Part shown: positions 34,394 through 43,990 of the stretch, piece after piece
Position numbering within the stretch: the stretch's first letter is position 1
Layout: every line of letters begins with the position of its first letter
Assembly: GCA_902517745.1 (NCBI GenBank)
Contig: CABYDS010000003.1
Coordinates: 33,022 to 97,021 of the forward strand
Direction: 5' to 3'
Source of the DNA: an uncultured Pelagibacteraceae bacterium
GTDB lineage: Bacteria > Pseudomonadota > Alphaproteobacteria > Pelagibacterales > Pelagibacteraceae
DNA: 64,000 nucleotides
Position numbers and translations under genes: made by a program
The notes under the pieces: generated by a model
What the model was told of the DNA's origin: nothing
The model's input: only the letters and a program-made list of their open reading frames with translations
Database searches by the model: none

Positions 34394-36475
34394 ATGAAAA
34401 TACCACAGCTTAAAAAAAAACCAGAATTAAAATCTTGTCACAACGTAACCTGGGAAGACGATTATAGTTGGATACATCAGGAAAACATACTTGAGGTATT
34501 GAAAGATAGTTCAAAATTAATACCAGAGGTTAGAAAATATCTTGAGGATGAAAATGATTATTTTAGTCATCAAATGTCAGATACAAAGGAAATTCAAAAA
34601 GTTTTGTTTGATGAGATAAAAGGTAGAATTAAACTTGATGATGAGTCTCTTCCATTTAAAGATGTAAGATATAGCTACTGGACAAAAACAACAACAAAAG
34701 GAAACTACTCTATAAAGTTAAGAAAAAAAATTGACTCTGATGAAATAGAGGAAATTTGGAATGGTGATTTAGAAAAAGAAAAGCTAAAAACAGAGTATTT
34801 TGGACTTGGAGACTTAGAGGTAAGTTATAATGATAAATTATTAGCTTACTCCCTAGATTTAAAAGGTTCTGAATATTACACCATACATATAAGAGATATT
34901 AAAAATAAAAATCAAATTGGTGAAAAAATTGAAAATACTAGTGGTGGAATAACATTTAGCTTAGATGACAAATATATTTTTTACTCAAAGCTTGATGACA
35001 ATCATAGACCGAGAGAAATTTATAGGCACGAAATTGGAGCTCCTACTAGTAAAGACATTCTTATCTTTAGAGAAGAAAGTGAAGCTTTTACTGTAGGCAT
35101 AGGACTTAGCTCTGATGAGAAGTATTTTTTTATTACGTCATCTGATCATAATACCTCAGAACAGTATTATTTTAAATCAGATGAAATAATTCCAAAACCA
35201 AAACTGATTGATAAAAGAAAAAGAGGGATAATTTATTCGGTTAATTCATGGAATGGTAATTTCTATAAACACACAAATGAAGATGCAGAAGATTTTAAAA
35301 TTGAAAAAACAAATAATTTAGAAAAAAAGATCTGGGAAACATTTATACCTGCACGAGAAGAGGTTTTAATTGGTGGATTAATTTTCTTAAATAATTGGAT
35401 TATAAGATCTGAAACTTCTAATGCATTATCAAAATTAATATTAAGAAATCCAAAAAATAATGAAGAAGAAGAAATATTTTTTTCAGATGAAAAAGTTATA
35501 GTACCCGGTGTTTCGTTAACCCAAAGAAATAGAAATACTGATACCGTTTATTTATCATATTCATCACCAAAAACTCCTGGAAGGACTTACTTATACAATC
35601 TTAAAACAAAAGAAAAAAAATTAGTTAAAGAACAAGAGATTCCTAGTGGCCATAATTCTGATGATTATATAGTTGAAAGATTAGAGTGTGCCTCTCATGA
35701 TGGAAGGATGGTTCCTCTTACAATAACAAGACATAAAAAAACTGAATTAGATGGTTCAGCAAAATTATTATTATATGGATACGGATCATACGGTAGTTCT
35801 ATGTCACCAAGTTTTTCTTCAACCAGAATAAGTCTGATAGATCGAGATATTATATGGGTAACTTCTCATATTAGAGGCGGTATGGAAAAAGGAATGAAAT
35901 GGTGGAAAGAAGGAAAATTATTAAACAAGAAAAATACATTTGAAGATTACATCGCTTCTGCAAAATTTTTAATTAAAAAAAAATTTACGTCTAAAGGTAA
36001 TATTATTGGAATGGGTGGATCTGCTGGAGGTCTTTTAATGGGTGCAGTTGTTAACCAAGCGCCTGATTTATTTTTGGGTATTGTTATGGCTGTTCCTTTC
36101 GTTGACTCGTTGACCACGAACTTAGACCATTCCTTACCATTAACAATCGGCGAATTTGATGAATTTGGAAATGCTAAAGATAAAAAAGAACACTTTGATT
36201 ACATATTTTCATATGCGCCTTACAACAATATTAAAAAGATGGATTACCCAAACATTTTGATAACAACAAGTCTAAGTGATAACAGGGTATTGTTTGATGA
36301 GCCAGCAAAATTTACTGCAAAATTAAGAGAGTACAAAACTGATAACAATTTACTTTTATTAAAAACAGAAATGAATGCGGGTCATGGAGGAAAATCTGGA
36401 AGAGATGGAGCAATTGAGGAGATTGCAGTAGACTACGCATTCGCTTTGAAAATAGCTGGCAAATTAAATACTTGA
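34394..36475 (+). CDS. ptrB: Oligopeptidase B (S9A)
   Basis: YGYGSYG, HIRGG, GGSAGG nucleophile, D.RV and AGHGG. Confidence 0.92.
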   Translation: MKIPQLKKKPELKSCHNVTWEDDYSWIHQENILEVLKDSSKLIPEVRKYLEDENDYFSHQMSDTKEIQKVLFDEIKGRIKLDDESLPFKDVRYSYWTKTTTKGNYSIKLRKKIDSDEIEEIWNGDLEKEKLKTEYFGLGDLEVSYNDKLLAYSLDLKGSEYYTIHIRDIKNKNQIGEKIENTSGGITFSLDDKYIFYSKLDDNHRPREIYRHEIGAPTSKDILIFREESEAFTVGIGLSSDEKYFFITSSDHNTSEQYYFKSDEIIPKPKLIDKRKRGIIYSVNSWNGNFYKHTNEDAEDFKIEKTNNLEKKIWETFIPAREEVLIGGLIFLNNWIIRSETSNALSKLILRNPKNNEEEEIFFSDEKVIVPGVSLTQRNRNTDTVYLSYSSPKTPGRTYLYNLKTKEKKLVKEQEIPSGHNSDDYIVERLECASHDGRMVPLTITRHKKTELDGSAKLLLYGYGSYGSSMSPSFSSTRISLIDRDIIWVTSHIRGGMEKGMKWWKEGKLLNKKNTFEDYIASAKFLIKKKFTSKGNIIGMGGSAGGLLMGAVVNQAPDLFLGIVMAVPFVDSLTTNLDHSLPLTIGEFDEFGNAKDKKEHFDYIFSYAPYNNIKKMDYPNILITTSLSDNRVLFDEPAKFTAKLREYKTDNNLLLLKTEMNAGHGGKSGRDGAIEEIAVDYAFALKIAGKLNT

Positions 36476-36476
36476 T

Positions 36477-36505
36477 CTTGAAATATCAAAATTAATTACC
36501 ATATA
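36477..36505 (+). promoter_or_regulatory. RpoH-type promoter of hsp20
   Basis: CTTGAA (36477-36482), 16-nt spacer, CCATAT (36499-36504). Confidence 0.75.
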
Positions 36506-36508
36506 AAC

Positions 36509-36571
36509 ATTGTTAGTCGCCTAATGGGGCTATCAATAAATAAACTTGCTTAATTAAAGGAGGATAATATG
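36509..36571 (+). promoter_or_regulatory. ROSE-like RNA thermometer in the hsp20 5' UTR
   Basis: Hairpin 36509-36537, then CUUGCUU (36545-36551) pairing with the SD AAGGAG (36557-36562) with a bulged G. Confidence 0.65.
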
Positions 36572-37015
36572 ACAAGTAAGGATCTATCAATTTTCAACTC
36601 ACTTCGGCCTTTCTCAATTGGTTTTGACGATATGTTTGACCAATTCGAAAGCATGTTGGGCAATGGTGGTTTAAGTATGCAATCAAACTACCCACCTTAC
36701 AACATAAGAAGAACTGGCAAAGATAACTACTCAATTGAGGTTGCTTTAGCTGGTTTTAACAAAAAAGATGTTGAGGTAGAGTTTGAAGATAATCTATTAA
36801 CTGTAAGAACTAAACAAGTTGATAGAAGTGAAAACAAAAACCAAGATGGGGAGATAATCCACAAAGGTATATCGCAAAGACAATTTGCGAGATCATTTAC
36901 AATTGCTGATGATGTAAAAGTGAATGGTGCAGAGTTAAAAGATGGTCTTTTAACAATTGCATGTGAAAGGATTATTCCGGACCATAAAAAAAAGAAACTT
37001 ATTGAAATTAAATAA
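36569..37015 (+). CDS. ibpA: Small heat-shock protein Hsp20 (IbpA-like)
   Basis: IGFD, NYPPYNI, IEVALAGF, FARSFTIAD, A.LKDGLL and terminal IEIK. Confidence 0.93.
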   Translation: MTSKDLSIFNSLRPFSIGFDDMFDQFESMLGNGGLSMQSNYPPYNIRRTGKDNYSIEVALAGFNKKDVEVEFEDNLLTVRTKQVDRSENKNQDGEIIHKGISQRQFARSFTIADDVKVNGAELKDGLLTIACERIIPDHKKKKLIEIK

Positions 37016-37023
37016 GTACCTTG

Positions 37024-37046
37024 CTTGTGGGGCTAGTCCCCACAAG
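37024..37046. terminator. GC-rich hairpin between convergent hsp20 and lipoprotein genes
   Basis: CTTGTGGGG-CTAGT-CCCCACAAG perfect 9-bp stem; U-tract weak. Confidence 0.7.
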
Positions 37047-37047
37047 A

Positions 37048-37380
37048 TTAAATACATCCGCTAGAGCTAAATCCGATAATGACTCCTGATGCATTCACCT
37101 CAAATTTTCTTTCACAAGGAATTCCATATTTTTTTGTTTTGTAGATAAGCATTTCATTTCCAAGTTCATTTACAAAATCTTCTGAAGGTGAGCCTAATTC
37201 TAATCTCATCTCATTAACTTCTTTTCCAACGAATTGACCAAATTTCTCGTTCTCTTTTTCAGCCACTTCATCAGATTTCTTTTTAATTGTCTGGCATCCA
37301 GTTAAAAAAATTATTGTTAATGTGATAAACAGAGCAATAAACTTTTTTGATAAAGTATTATTTTTAAAAGCAATAATCAT
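37048..37380 (-). CDS. Small lipoprotein
   Basis: Lipobox FLTGC; LGSP motif and two C-terminal Cys. Confidence 0.75.
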   Translation of the reverse strand: MIIAFKNNTLSKKFIALFITLTIIFLTGCQTIKKKSDEVAEKENEKFGQFVGKEVNEMRLELGSPSEDFVNELGNEMLIYKTKKYGIPCERKFEVNASGVIIGFSSSGCI

Positions 37381-37518
37381 TAATACATACCTAAAGTTGA
37401 ATTATGTTAACAATTTGTTCAAAACTTTCATTAAATTGTTTGAATTTAATACAAATTTGAAAAGATAGGAAATTTTAAAGATTATTAAGTTATTGATTTA
37501 TTATATTAAAGAAATGCT

Positions 37519-39018
37519 ATGGCAACAGACTTAAGAATATCAAATATATCAAAAATATATCCAGGATGTGTAGCTAATGATAATGTGTCTCTTCAATTTA
37601 AAAGTGGAAAAATATACGCACTTTTGGGAGAGAACGGAGCTGGTAAATCCACATTGGTAAAAATTTTGTCTGGTGTGATAAGCCCAGATAATGGTGAGGT
37701 TTTTTTAAATGAAAAAAATTTAAAATTAAGTTCTCCACTCGATGCCAAAAAAAATAAAATTGGAATGGTTTTTCAGCATTTCAATTTATTTGAAACTTTG
37801 TCAGTATTTGAAAACTTAAGTATAGATGCAACTGAAGATAACAAAAGTTTAAGGGTAAGAATAAATGAAATATTAAAAAAATATAACTTTAGTATTGACC
37901 TTGATGTTCCTGTATTAAATTTATCAGCAGGACAAAAGCAAAAAGTTGAGATTATAAGATGCCTTTTAAGAAGCCCTAAAGTTCTAATCATGGACGAGCC
38001 TACATCTGTTTTGACTGAGCAAGAAACAGAAGAATTATTTATATCTTTAAAAAAATTCTGTGACGAAGGAATATTAATTATTTACATTACTCACAAATTA
38101 AAAGAAGTTTTGTCTTTATGCGATGAAGTTGCAGTAATGCGAAAAGGTAAGGTCGTATCTGTTAGCCAAACACAAAATGAAAAAGTTGAAACTCTTGCAA
38201 ATAAGATGGTTGGTCAAAAACTAGCAAAAATTAAGAAAAAAATTAATATATCCAAAAATAAAGATGAGATATTTAAAGTAAAACATTTAAATTTTTATAG
38301 CGATGATCCTTTTGAAACAAATTTAGTTAATCTAAACTTTTCTGTAAAGAAAGGAGAATGTTTAGGTATAGCAGGTATTTCTGGCAATGGTCAAAACGAA
38401 CTTTTTCAAATTTTGAGTGGGGAAATAATTACACCTGATACATCAATCATTTTTCGAAATAAAGAAATTGCTAAACTAAATCCAAAGCAACGACGAGAGT
38501 ATTTAATGGCTTTTTCTCCTGAAGATAGAATATCTCAAGCAGCTGTACCTGAATTAAAAATATATGAAAATGTAGCTTTAAATAATTTCAAGTCGTCAAA
38601 TTTTTTTGAAAAAGGTTTGGTAAATGAAAGAAAAATTAAAGAGCATTCAAAGAAAATATTATCTGATTTCTCAGTAAATACAGACAATGTTGAATTAAAA
38701 AGTCAATTTCTATCGGGTGGAAATTTACAAAAACTTATTCTAGGGAGAGAGTTAATTACAGCTCCGGAATTATTAATTTGTTACAATCCAACATGGGGGC
38801 TCGATGTGGGTGCAATCAATTATATTCATGAAACACTTATAAAAATTAACGATCAAGAAAAATCAACGATTTTAATTTCTACAGATACGGAGGAGTTATT
38901 AAAACTCAGTGATAGAATTGCAGTTATTTATAAAGGTAAGCTTTCAAAAATAATGCCTTCGGAAGAAGTGACTCCAGAAAAATTAGGAGTTCTAATGGGA
39001 GGAGGTTCCATTGATTAA
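37519..39018 (+). CDS. ABC transporter ATP-binding protein (CUT2/nucleoside type, two NBDs)
   Basis: GENGAGKST, GMVFQHF, MDEPTSVL, LSGGNLQK and NPTWGLDVGA motifs. Confidence 0.92.
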   Translation: MATDLRISNISKIYPGCVANDNVSLQFKSGKIYALLGENGAGKSTLVKILSGVISPDNGEVFLNEKNLKLSSPLDAKKNKIGMVFQHFNLFETLSVFENLSIDATEDNKSLRVRINEILKKYNFSIDLDVPVLNLSAGQKQKVEIIRCLLRSPKVLIMDEPTSVLTEQETEELFISLKKFCDEGILIIYITHKLKEVLSLCDEVAVMRKGKVVSVSQTQNEKVETLANKMVGQKLAKIKKKINISKNKDEIFKVKHLNFYSDDPFETNLVNLNFSVKKGECLGIAGISGNGQNELFQILSGEIITPDTSIIFRNKEIAKLNPKQRREYLMAFSPEDRISQAAVPELKIYENVALNNFKSSNFFEKGLVNERKIKEHSKKILSDFSVNTDNVELKSQFLSGGNLQKLILGRELITAPELLICYNPTWGLDVGAINYIHETLIKINDQEKSTILISTDTEELLKLSDRIAVIYKGKLSKIMPSEEVTPEKLGVLMGGGSID

Positions 39019-40090
39019 AATTGAAAAAAGAAATGATGTACCAATGGCATTATATTTTTTTACTCCTTTTATTGCAATCATACTTACAATTTTAGGTGGT
39101 GGTATAATTTTTTATATTTTAGGTTTTAATCCAATAGAAGCACTTAAGTTTTACTTTATAACTCCAATTTCAAATTTATATGGCCTCAGTGAATTGTTAC
39201 TCAAAGCAACACCCCTTTGCTTAATTGCTATTGGATTATCATTTTGTTTTAAAAGTAATAATTGGAATATTGGTGCAGAAGGACAATTAACTTTTGGTGC
39301 GATTGTAGGAGGTGGAGTTGCTCTTTTATTTTATAATCAAGAAGGTTTTTATATACTGCCTTTAGTTATACTTGCTGGAGCAATCGGGGGAATGATCTTT
39401 GCACTTATCCCAGCAATCCTTAAAACATATTTTAATACAAACGAGATTTTAGTTAGTCTTATGTTGGTTTACGTTTCAAAGCTACTCTTAGACTACTTAG
39501 TAGTTGGGCCATGGAGTAATCCTGAAGGTTTTAATTTTCCTGAAACAAGACAATTTAGTGACTCATCTAGAATGCCATTATTATTTGAAGGTTTGAGAAT
39601 TCATGCTGGTATTTTTTTAGCTCTTGCAGCAGTTATGCTGAGTTGGTTTATTCTTTATAAAACCTATTTAGGCTTTCAGATTAAAGTATCTGGTCTAAGT
39701 TTAAAAACTGCTAAGTATGCTGGTTTTAAAGGAAAAACCATGATTTTGGTTGTTTTTATGATTAGTGGTGCTTGTGCGGGATTAGCTGGAGTTGGTGAAA
39801 TTACTGGGCCTATTGGACAACTGCATAGAATGATATCCCCCGATTACGGTTTTACAGCAATTATTGTTGCTTTTTTAGGTCGTCTTAACCCTTTTGGCAT
39901 AATTTTTGCATCTTTGGTTGTTGCATTAACATACCTCGGTGCCGAAACGGCTCAAATTTTTTTACAAATACCAAAATATACCGGCCAAGTCTTTCAGGGT
40001 ATGATCTTATTTTTTTTACTAGCATCTGATTATTTGCTTTTTTTCAAAGTTAAAATTTTAAATTTAAAAAAAAATGAGCTTAGACATTAG
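39011..40090 (+). CDS. ABC permease 1 (nucleoside/CUT2 type)
   Basis: WNIGAEGQ, NEILVSLM and YGFTAIIVAFLGRLNP; TTG start. Confidence 0.9.
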   Translation: MIKIEKRNDVPMALYFFTPFIAIILTILGGGIIFYILGFNPIEALKFYFITPISNLYGLSELLLKATPLCLIAIGLSFCFKSNNWNIGAEGQLTFGAIVGGGVALLFYNQEGFYILPLVILAGAIGGMIFALIPAILKTYFNTNEILVSLMLVYVSKLLLDYLVVGPWSNPEGFNFPETRQFSDSSRMPLLFEGLRIHAGIFLALAAVMLSWFILYKTYLGFQIKVSGLSLKTAKYAGFKGKTMILVVFMISGACAGLAGVGEITGPIGQLHRMISPDYGFTAIIVAFLGRLNPFGIIFASLVVALTYLGAETAQIFLQIPKYTGQVFQGMILFFLLASDYLLFFKVKILNLKKNELRH

Positions 40091-41006
40091 TTTTATAGGA
40101 ATTCTGATAGGATCAATAATGGCTTCATCAGTGCCATTAATACTTGCTGCGTCAGGTGAATTGATTACTGAAAGATCTGGGGTTTTAAATTTAGGTGTTG
40201 AAGGAATGATGATAATCGGAGCAATATCTGGTTTTGCTTTAATGGTAATAACAGACAACCTTTTTATAGCAATCGTAGGCTCTATGTTATCAGGAGTTAT
40301 AATTTCACTAATCTTTGGATTTTTAACTCAATCTCTTCTTACAAACCATGTTGCAACAGGTTTGGCATTAACCATTTTTGGCATTGGTTTATCCGCAATG
40401 TTAGGAAAAAATTTTGTTGGTATCCCTGGAAAAGAATTTCCAATTTTATTTTCAAGTTTAAGAGAAAGTATTCCGTTTTTTGGTCCAATATTATTTGGAC
40501 ACTCTATAGTTTTATATTTTGCTTTTGCTTTACCATTTTTAACTAATTATTTTTTGAAAAAAACTAAATTAGGTTTAGTTGTAAGAGCTGTTGGTGATTC
40601 GCCTGTTTCGGCATCTAATCAAGGTATAAATGTTATTCTAGTTAGATACTGTTGTATTCTTTATGGAGGAGCTATGTGTGGCTTAGCAGGTGCATATCTA
40701 TCTTTAATATACACTCCACAGTGGATTGAAAATATGACAGCTGGAAGAGGGTGGATAGCTTTGGCTTTGGTTGTATTTGCAACCTGGAGTCCTATAAAAG
40801 TTTTAATTGGTGCTTTAATTTTTGGTGGGATTACAATTCTACAATTACATATGCAAGCAATTGGGTTTAGAATACCAGTTCAATTTTTAAGTGCATTACC
40901 TTATCTAATGACAATAATAGTTTTAGTTGTAATCTCTCGTGACAGTAGAAAAATAAAACTGAATACTCCTACCTCCTTAGGAAGAATATTCTATAAGGAA
41001 AAGTAA
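40074..41006 (+). CDS. ABC permease 2 (nucleoside/CUT2 type)
   Basis: ERSGVLNLGVEG, RAVGD and AGRGWIALALVVF motifs. Confidence 0.9.
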   Translation: MSLDISFIGILIGSIMASSVPLILAASGELITERSGVLNLGVEGMMIIGAISGFALMVITDNLFIAIVGSMLSGVIISLIFGFLTQSLLTNHVATGLALTIFGIGLSAMLGKNFVGIPGKEFPILFSSLRESIPFFGPILFGHSIVLYFAFALPFLTNYFLKKTKLGLVVRAVGDSPVSASNQGINVILVRYCCILYGGAMCGLAGAYLSLIYTPQWIENMTAGRGWIALALVVFATWSPIKVLIGALIFGGITILQLHMQAIGFRIPVQFLSALPYLMTIIVLVVISRDSRKIKLNTPTSLGRIFYKEK

Positions 41007-41094
41007 TGTTAGCTATTCGAAAATAATTATTTTTTTTTTTTAAATTTTGATTAACTTAAAGCTTCACAAAAAAAATTTAGAGGGGAAATTCAAA

Positions 41095-42159
41095 ATGTAT
41101 AAAAACTTTTTTAGATATTTAATTTCTGCAATTTTTCTACTTGGGTTTAGTGTAAACTCAAATGCAGATTTTAAAGTTGGTTTTGTCTATGTTGGCCCAA
41201 CTGGTGACCATGGATGGACATTTCAACATCACGAAGGTAGAAATGCTGTAGAAGCAGCTGGAATAAAAACAACATTTGTTGAAAGTGTTCCAGAAGGTGC
41301 TGATGCAGAAAGAGTGATAAGACAACTGGCTCAATCTGGCCATGACTTAATTTTTACAACTAGTTTTGGATATATGGATCCAACTAACAAAGTTGCAAAA
41401 GATTTTCCAAATGTAAAATTTGAACACGCAACAGGTTATAAGAGAGAACACTCAAATGTTTCTACTTATTCTGCAAGATTTTACGAAGGAAGAACTCTTT
41501 TAGGCCATATTGCTGGAAAAATGACTAAAACTAACACGATTGGCTATATTGCTTCTTTTCCAATTCCTGAAGTAATAAGAGGAATTAACGCAATGACTCT
41601 TGCTGCACAAAAGGTCAATCCAAATATTAAAACTAAGATTGTATGGGTGTTTACTTGGTACGATCCAGGTAAAGAAGCTGAAGCAGCGCAAGCTTTAATC
41701 GATCAAGGTGCAGATGTAATTATGCAACATACAGATAGTACAGCACCAGTTCAAACAGCGGAGAAAGCAGGTGTATGGTCATTTGGTCAAGCAAGTGACA
41801 TGCAGAGATTTGCTCCTAAATCAATCTTGACTTCAATTATTGATGATTGGGCACCATATTATGTTGAAAGAGCAATTGCTGCAAGAGATGGTAAATGGAA
41901 TCAACAAGATACATGGCATGGATTAAAGGAAGGTATGGTTGCTATGGGACCATATAATTCTGCAATGGGTGCTGACTTAGTTAAAGAAGTAGAGCAGCTT
42001 CAAAAAGATCTAGCATCAGGAAAAGTTCATTCGTTCACAGGTCCTATATATGACCAAAAAGGTAATATATTAGTAGCAGAAGGGAAAGTTGCTGATGATG
42101 GAATGTTAGCTGGAATGAGTGTTTATGTAAAAGGTGTTGAAGGAGATATTCCAAAATAA
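41095..42159 (+). CDS. BMP/PnrA-family substrate-binding protein (purine or nucleoside)
   Basis: SD GAGGGG before ATG 41095; Sec signal ending SNA; GFVYVGP.GDHGW, TTSFGY and W.DPGKE motifs. Confidence 0.9.
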   Translation: MYKNFFRYLISAIFLLGFSVNSNADFKVGFVYVGPTGDHGWTFQHHEGRNAVEAAGIKTTFVESVPEGADAERVIRQLAQSGHDLIFTTSFGYMDPTNKVAKDFPNVKFEHATGYKREHSNVSTYSARFYEGRTLLGHIAGKMTKTNTIGYIASFPIPEVIRGINAMTLAAQKVNPNIKTKIVWVFTWYDPGKEAEAAQALIDQGADVIMQHTDSTAPVQTAEKAGVWSFGQASDMQRFAPKSILTSIIDDWAPYYVERAIAARDGKWNQQDTWHGLKEGMVAMGPYNSAMGADLVKEVEQLQKDLASGKVHSFTGPIYDQKGNILVAEGKVADDGMLAGMSVYVKGVEGDIPK

Positions 42160-42175
42160 TTTTTAAAAAAAAATT

Positions 42176-42209
42176 AAAAAGGCCAACTTATATAGTTGGC
42201 CTTTTTTTT
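42176..42209. terminator. Bidirectional intrinsic terminator
   Basis: AAAAA-GGCCAACT-TATAT-AGTTGGCC-TTTTTTTT between convergent genes. Confidence 0.9.
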
Positions 42210-42729
42210 ATGAATGTTTTTTCTTTAAACCATTAATATCTATTTCATCATAATATTCTGAAGGTTGAACTATCCAAGGATCTCCATCTAGTAAAATTGG
42301 ACAAAAATCTGGAGTAAAAGAAGAGGATTTTTTTTTCCAAAGACAAGCTGTTTTTATTTCTTGAATATGGTTTTTCACTGGAGCATAATTTTTTAACCAT
42401 TTAATACTTTCATTTAATGTAAGTCCAGTATCAGATAAATCATCAACTAATAAAACATTTTTAAAGTCTTCATTTTTAGCTATTGAGCTTATGTCTCTTG
42501 CAAAAATAAGTTCGCCCTGTTTATTTTCTACAGTTTCTCCAGAATAACTTTGAATAACAACATAAGCAGTGGGCAATTTAAATATTCTTGATAGCATATC
42601 AATTATAGGTGCTGCACCCCTCATTATTCCAACTAAAACAGATGGTTTGTAATTTTTTTCAATTGTAAGAGCTAACTTTTCAACTGCTAATTTATAATCT
42701 TCATAATTGATTATTAATTTTTCTGCCAT
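42208..42729 (-). CDS. Type I phosphoribosyltransferase (Gpt/Hpt-like, probable purine salvage)
   Basis: GIMRG, PRPP motif VLLVDDLSDTGLT and WIVQP; likely start MAEK at 42729. Confidence 0.82.
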   Translation of the reverse strand: MAEKLIINYEDYKLAVEKLALTIEKNYKPSVLVGIMRGAAPIIDMLSRIFKLPTAYVVIQSYSGETVENKQGELIFARDISSIAKNEDFKNVLLVDDLSDTGLTLNESIKWLKNYAPVKNHIQEIKTACLWKKKSSSFTPDFCPILLDGDPWIVQPSEYYDEIDINGLKKKHS

Positions 42730-42771
42730 AAAATTTGGTAACATAAAAAAAAAAAATTAAAAAGGAGAATT

Positions 42772-43062
42772 ATGAAAGGTTACTGGATTGCAACTTACAG
42801 TGAAATTAAAGACCCTGAAAGAATGAAAAAATATGCAGATAAAGCAAAGGAAGCTGTATTAAAACATTCTGGAAAAATTTTAGCTCGAAGTGCTAATAAC
42901 ATTGCACTTGAGGGTAGAGAAATGGTTAGAATAGCACTTGCAGAGTTCCCAGACGTGGAAACTGCAAAAAAATGCTACGACTCTGAAGAATATGTTGAGG
43001 CAAGAACATATCTTAAAGATAATGTAATTAGAGAACATATGATATTTGAAGGAATGGAATAA
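42772..43062 (+). CDS. DUF1330 family protein
   Basis: MKGYWI, GKILAR...LEG and EFP...A..CYDSEEY; SD AAGGAG. Confidence 0.88.
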   Translation: MKGYWIATYSEIKDPERMKKYADKAKEAVLKHSGKILARSANNIALEGREMVRIALAEFPDVETAKKCYDSEEYVEARTYLKDNVIREHMIFEGME

Positions 43063-43080
43063 CTTAGAAAAGGGGCAAAT

Positions 43081-43377
43081 ATGAAGGCATATTGGGTGAG
43101 TTTGTATACAGAGATTTCAGATCAAGATAACCTAAAAAAATATGGTGAAAATGCAATACCAGTTATAAAAAAATTTGGTGGTACTCCTGTAGTTAGAGGA
43201 GGCAAACTAAAATATTATAGTGGTGACAAAATATTAAGGACCGTCATTTGGGAATTTCCCAGTTATGACATGGCCATATCTTGTCATGACTCAGAAGATT
43301 ATTTAAAAGCTTGGTCTTATGCAGAACAAACTACAAAAAGACATATGTTTATTGTGGAGGGTGCTAATACTGAATAG
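43081..43377 (+). CDS. DUF1330 family protein (second paralog)
   Basis: MKAYWV, GG..VVRGG, EFPS..A..CHDSEDY and IVEG. Confidence 0.88.
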   Translation: MKAYWVSLYTEISDQDNLKKYGENAIPVIKKFGGTPVVRGGKLKYYSGDKILRTVIWEFPSYDMAISCHDSEDYLKAWSYAEQTTKRHMFIVEGANTE

Positions 43378-43990
43378 TATCGTCATCAATTGAACGCCAC
43401 AAATACCAAGTGGCAACAGAGCAGTATGGAGAAAATCTTTTTTGAAGCTTTTTTACAAAAATTTCAGGTGGAAAATATTTTTTTTTATAGTTGTTTGATA
43501 TTGCTCTTAATAACCCAATATCCTGAACTGGCCAGATATTAGACCTATTATAAGTAAATAACAAAATCATCTCTGCTGACCATCTTCCAATTTGTCTTAA
43601 AGTTGATAGGTATACAATTGCTTCTTCATCGCTCATTTTCGAAATTAATCTTGGATTAAAACTTTTATCTTTAAATTTTTGAGACATTTCCAAGATACCC
43701 CTTATTTTTTGACGACTAAGACCGCATTTTTTAAGTTGTGATGTTTTAATCTTTGAAACAATTTTTGGATTAATTTTTTTTTTACATGCCAATTCAAATT
43801 TTTTGAAGACAGAGTCTGCGGCAGCAACACTTATTTGTTGTCCTATTATACTTTTACATAAAGAATAAAAGACATCTTTTCTAGTAGTTAAATTATTATC
43901 TTTATATTTTTTAATCAATGATCTCATAATACTATCTTTTTTTGAAAGATATGTTTTGGCTTTTTTCCAATATGTCGGTGCCTTACTCAT
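43364..43990 (-). CDS. alkA: DNA-3-methyladenine glycosylase II (AlkA/HhH-GPD family)
   Basis: SIIGQQIS, GLSRQK, IGRWSAEM, PVQDIG and SPYCSVATWYLW motifs. Confidence 0.88.
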   Translation of the reverse strand: MSKAPTYWKKAKTYLSKKDSIMRSLIKKYKDNNLTTRKDVFYSLCKSIIGQQISVAAADSVFKKFELACKKKINPKIVSKIKTSQLKKCGLSRQKIRGILEMSQKFKDKSFNPRLISKMSDEEAIVYLSTLRQIGRWSAEMILLFTYNRSNIWPVQDIGLLRAISNNYKKKYFPPEIFVKKLQKRFSPYCSVATWYLWRSIDDDTIQY

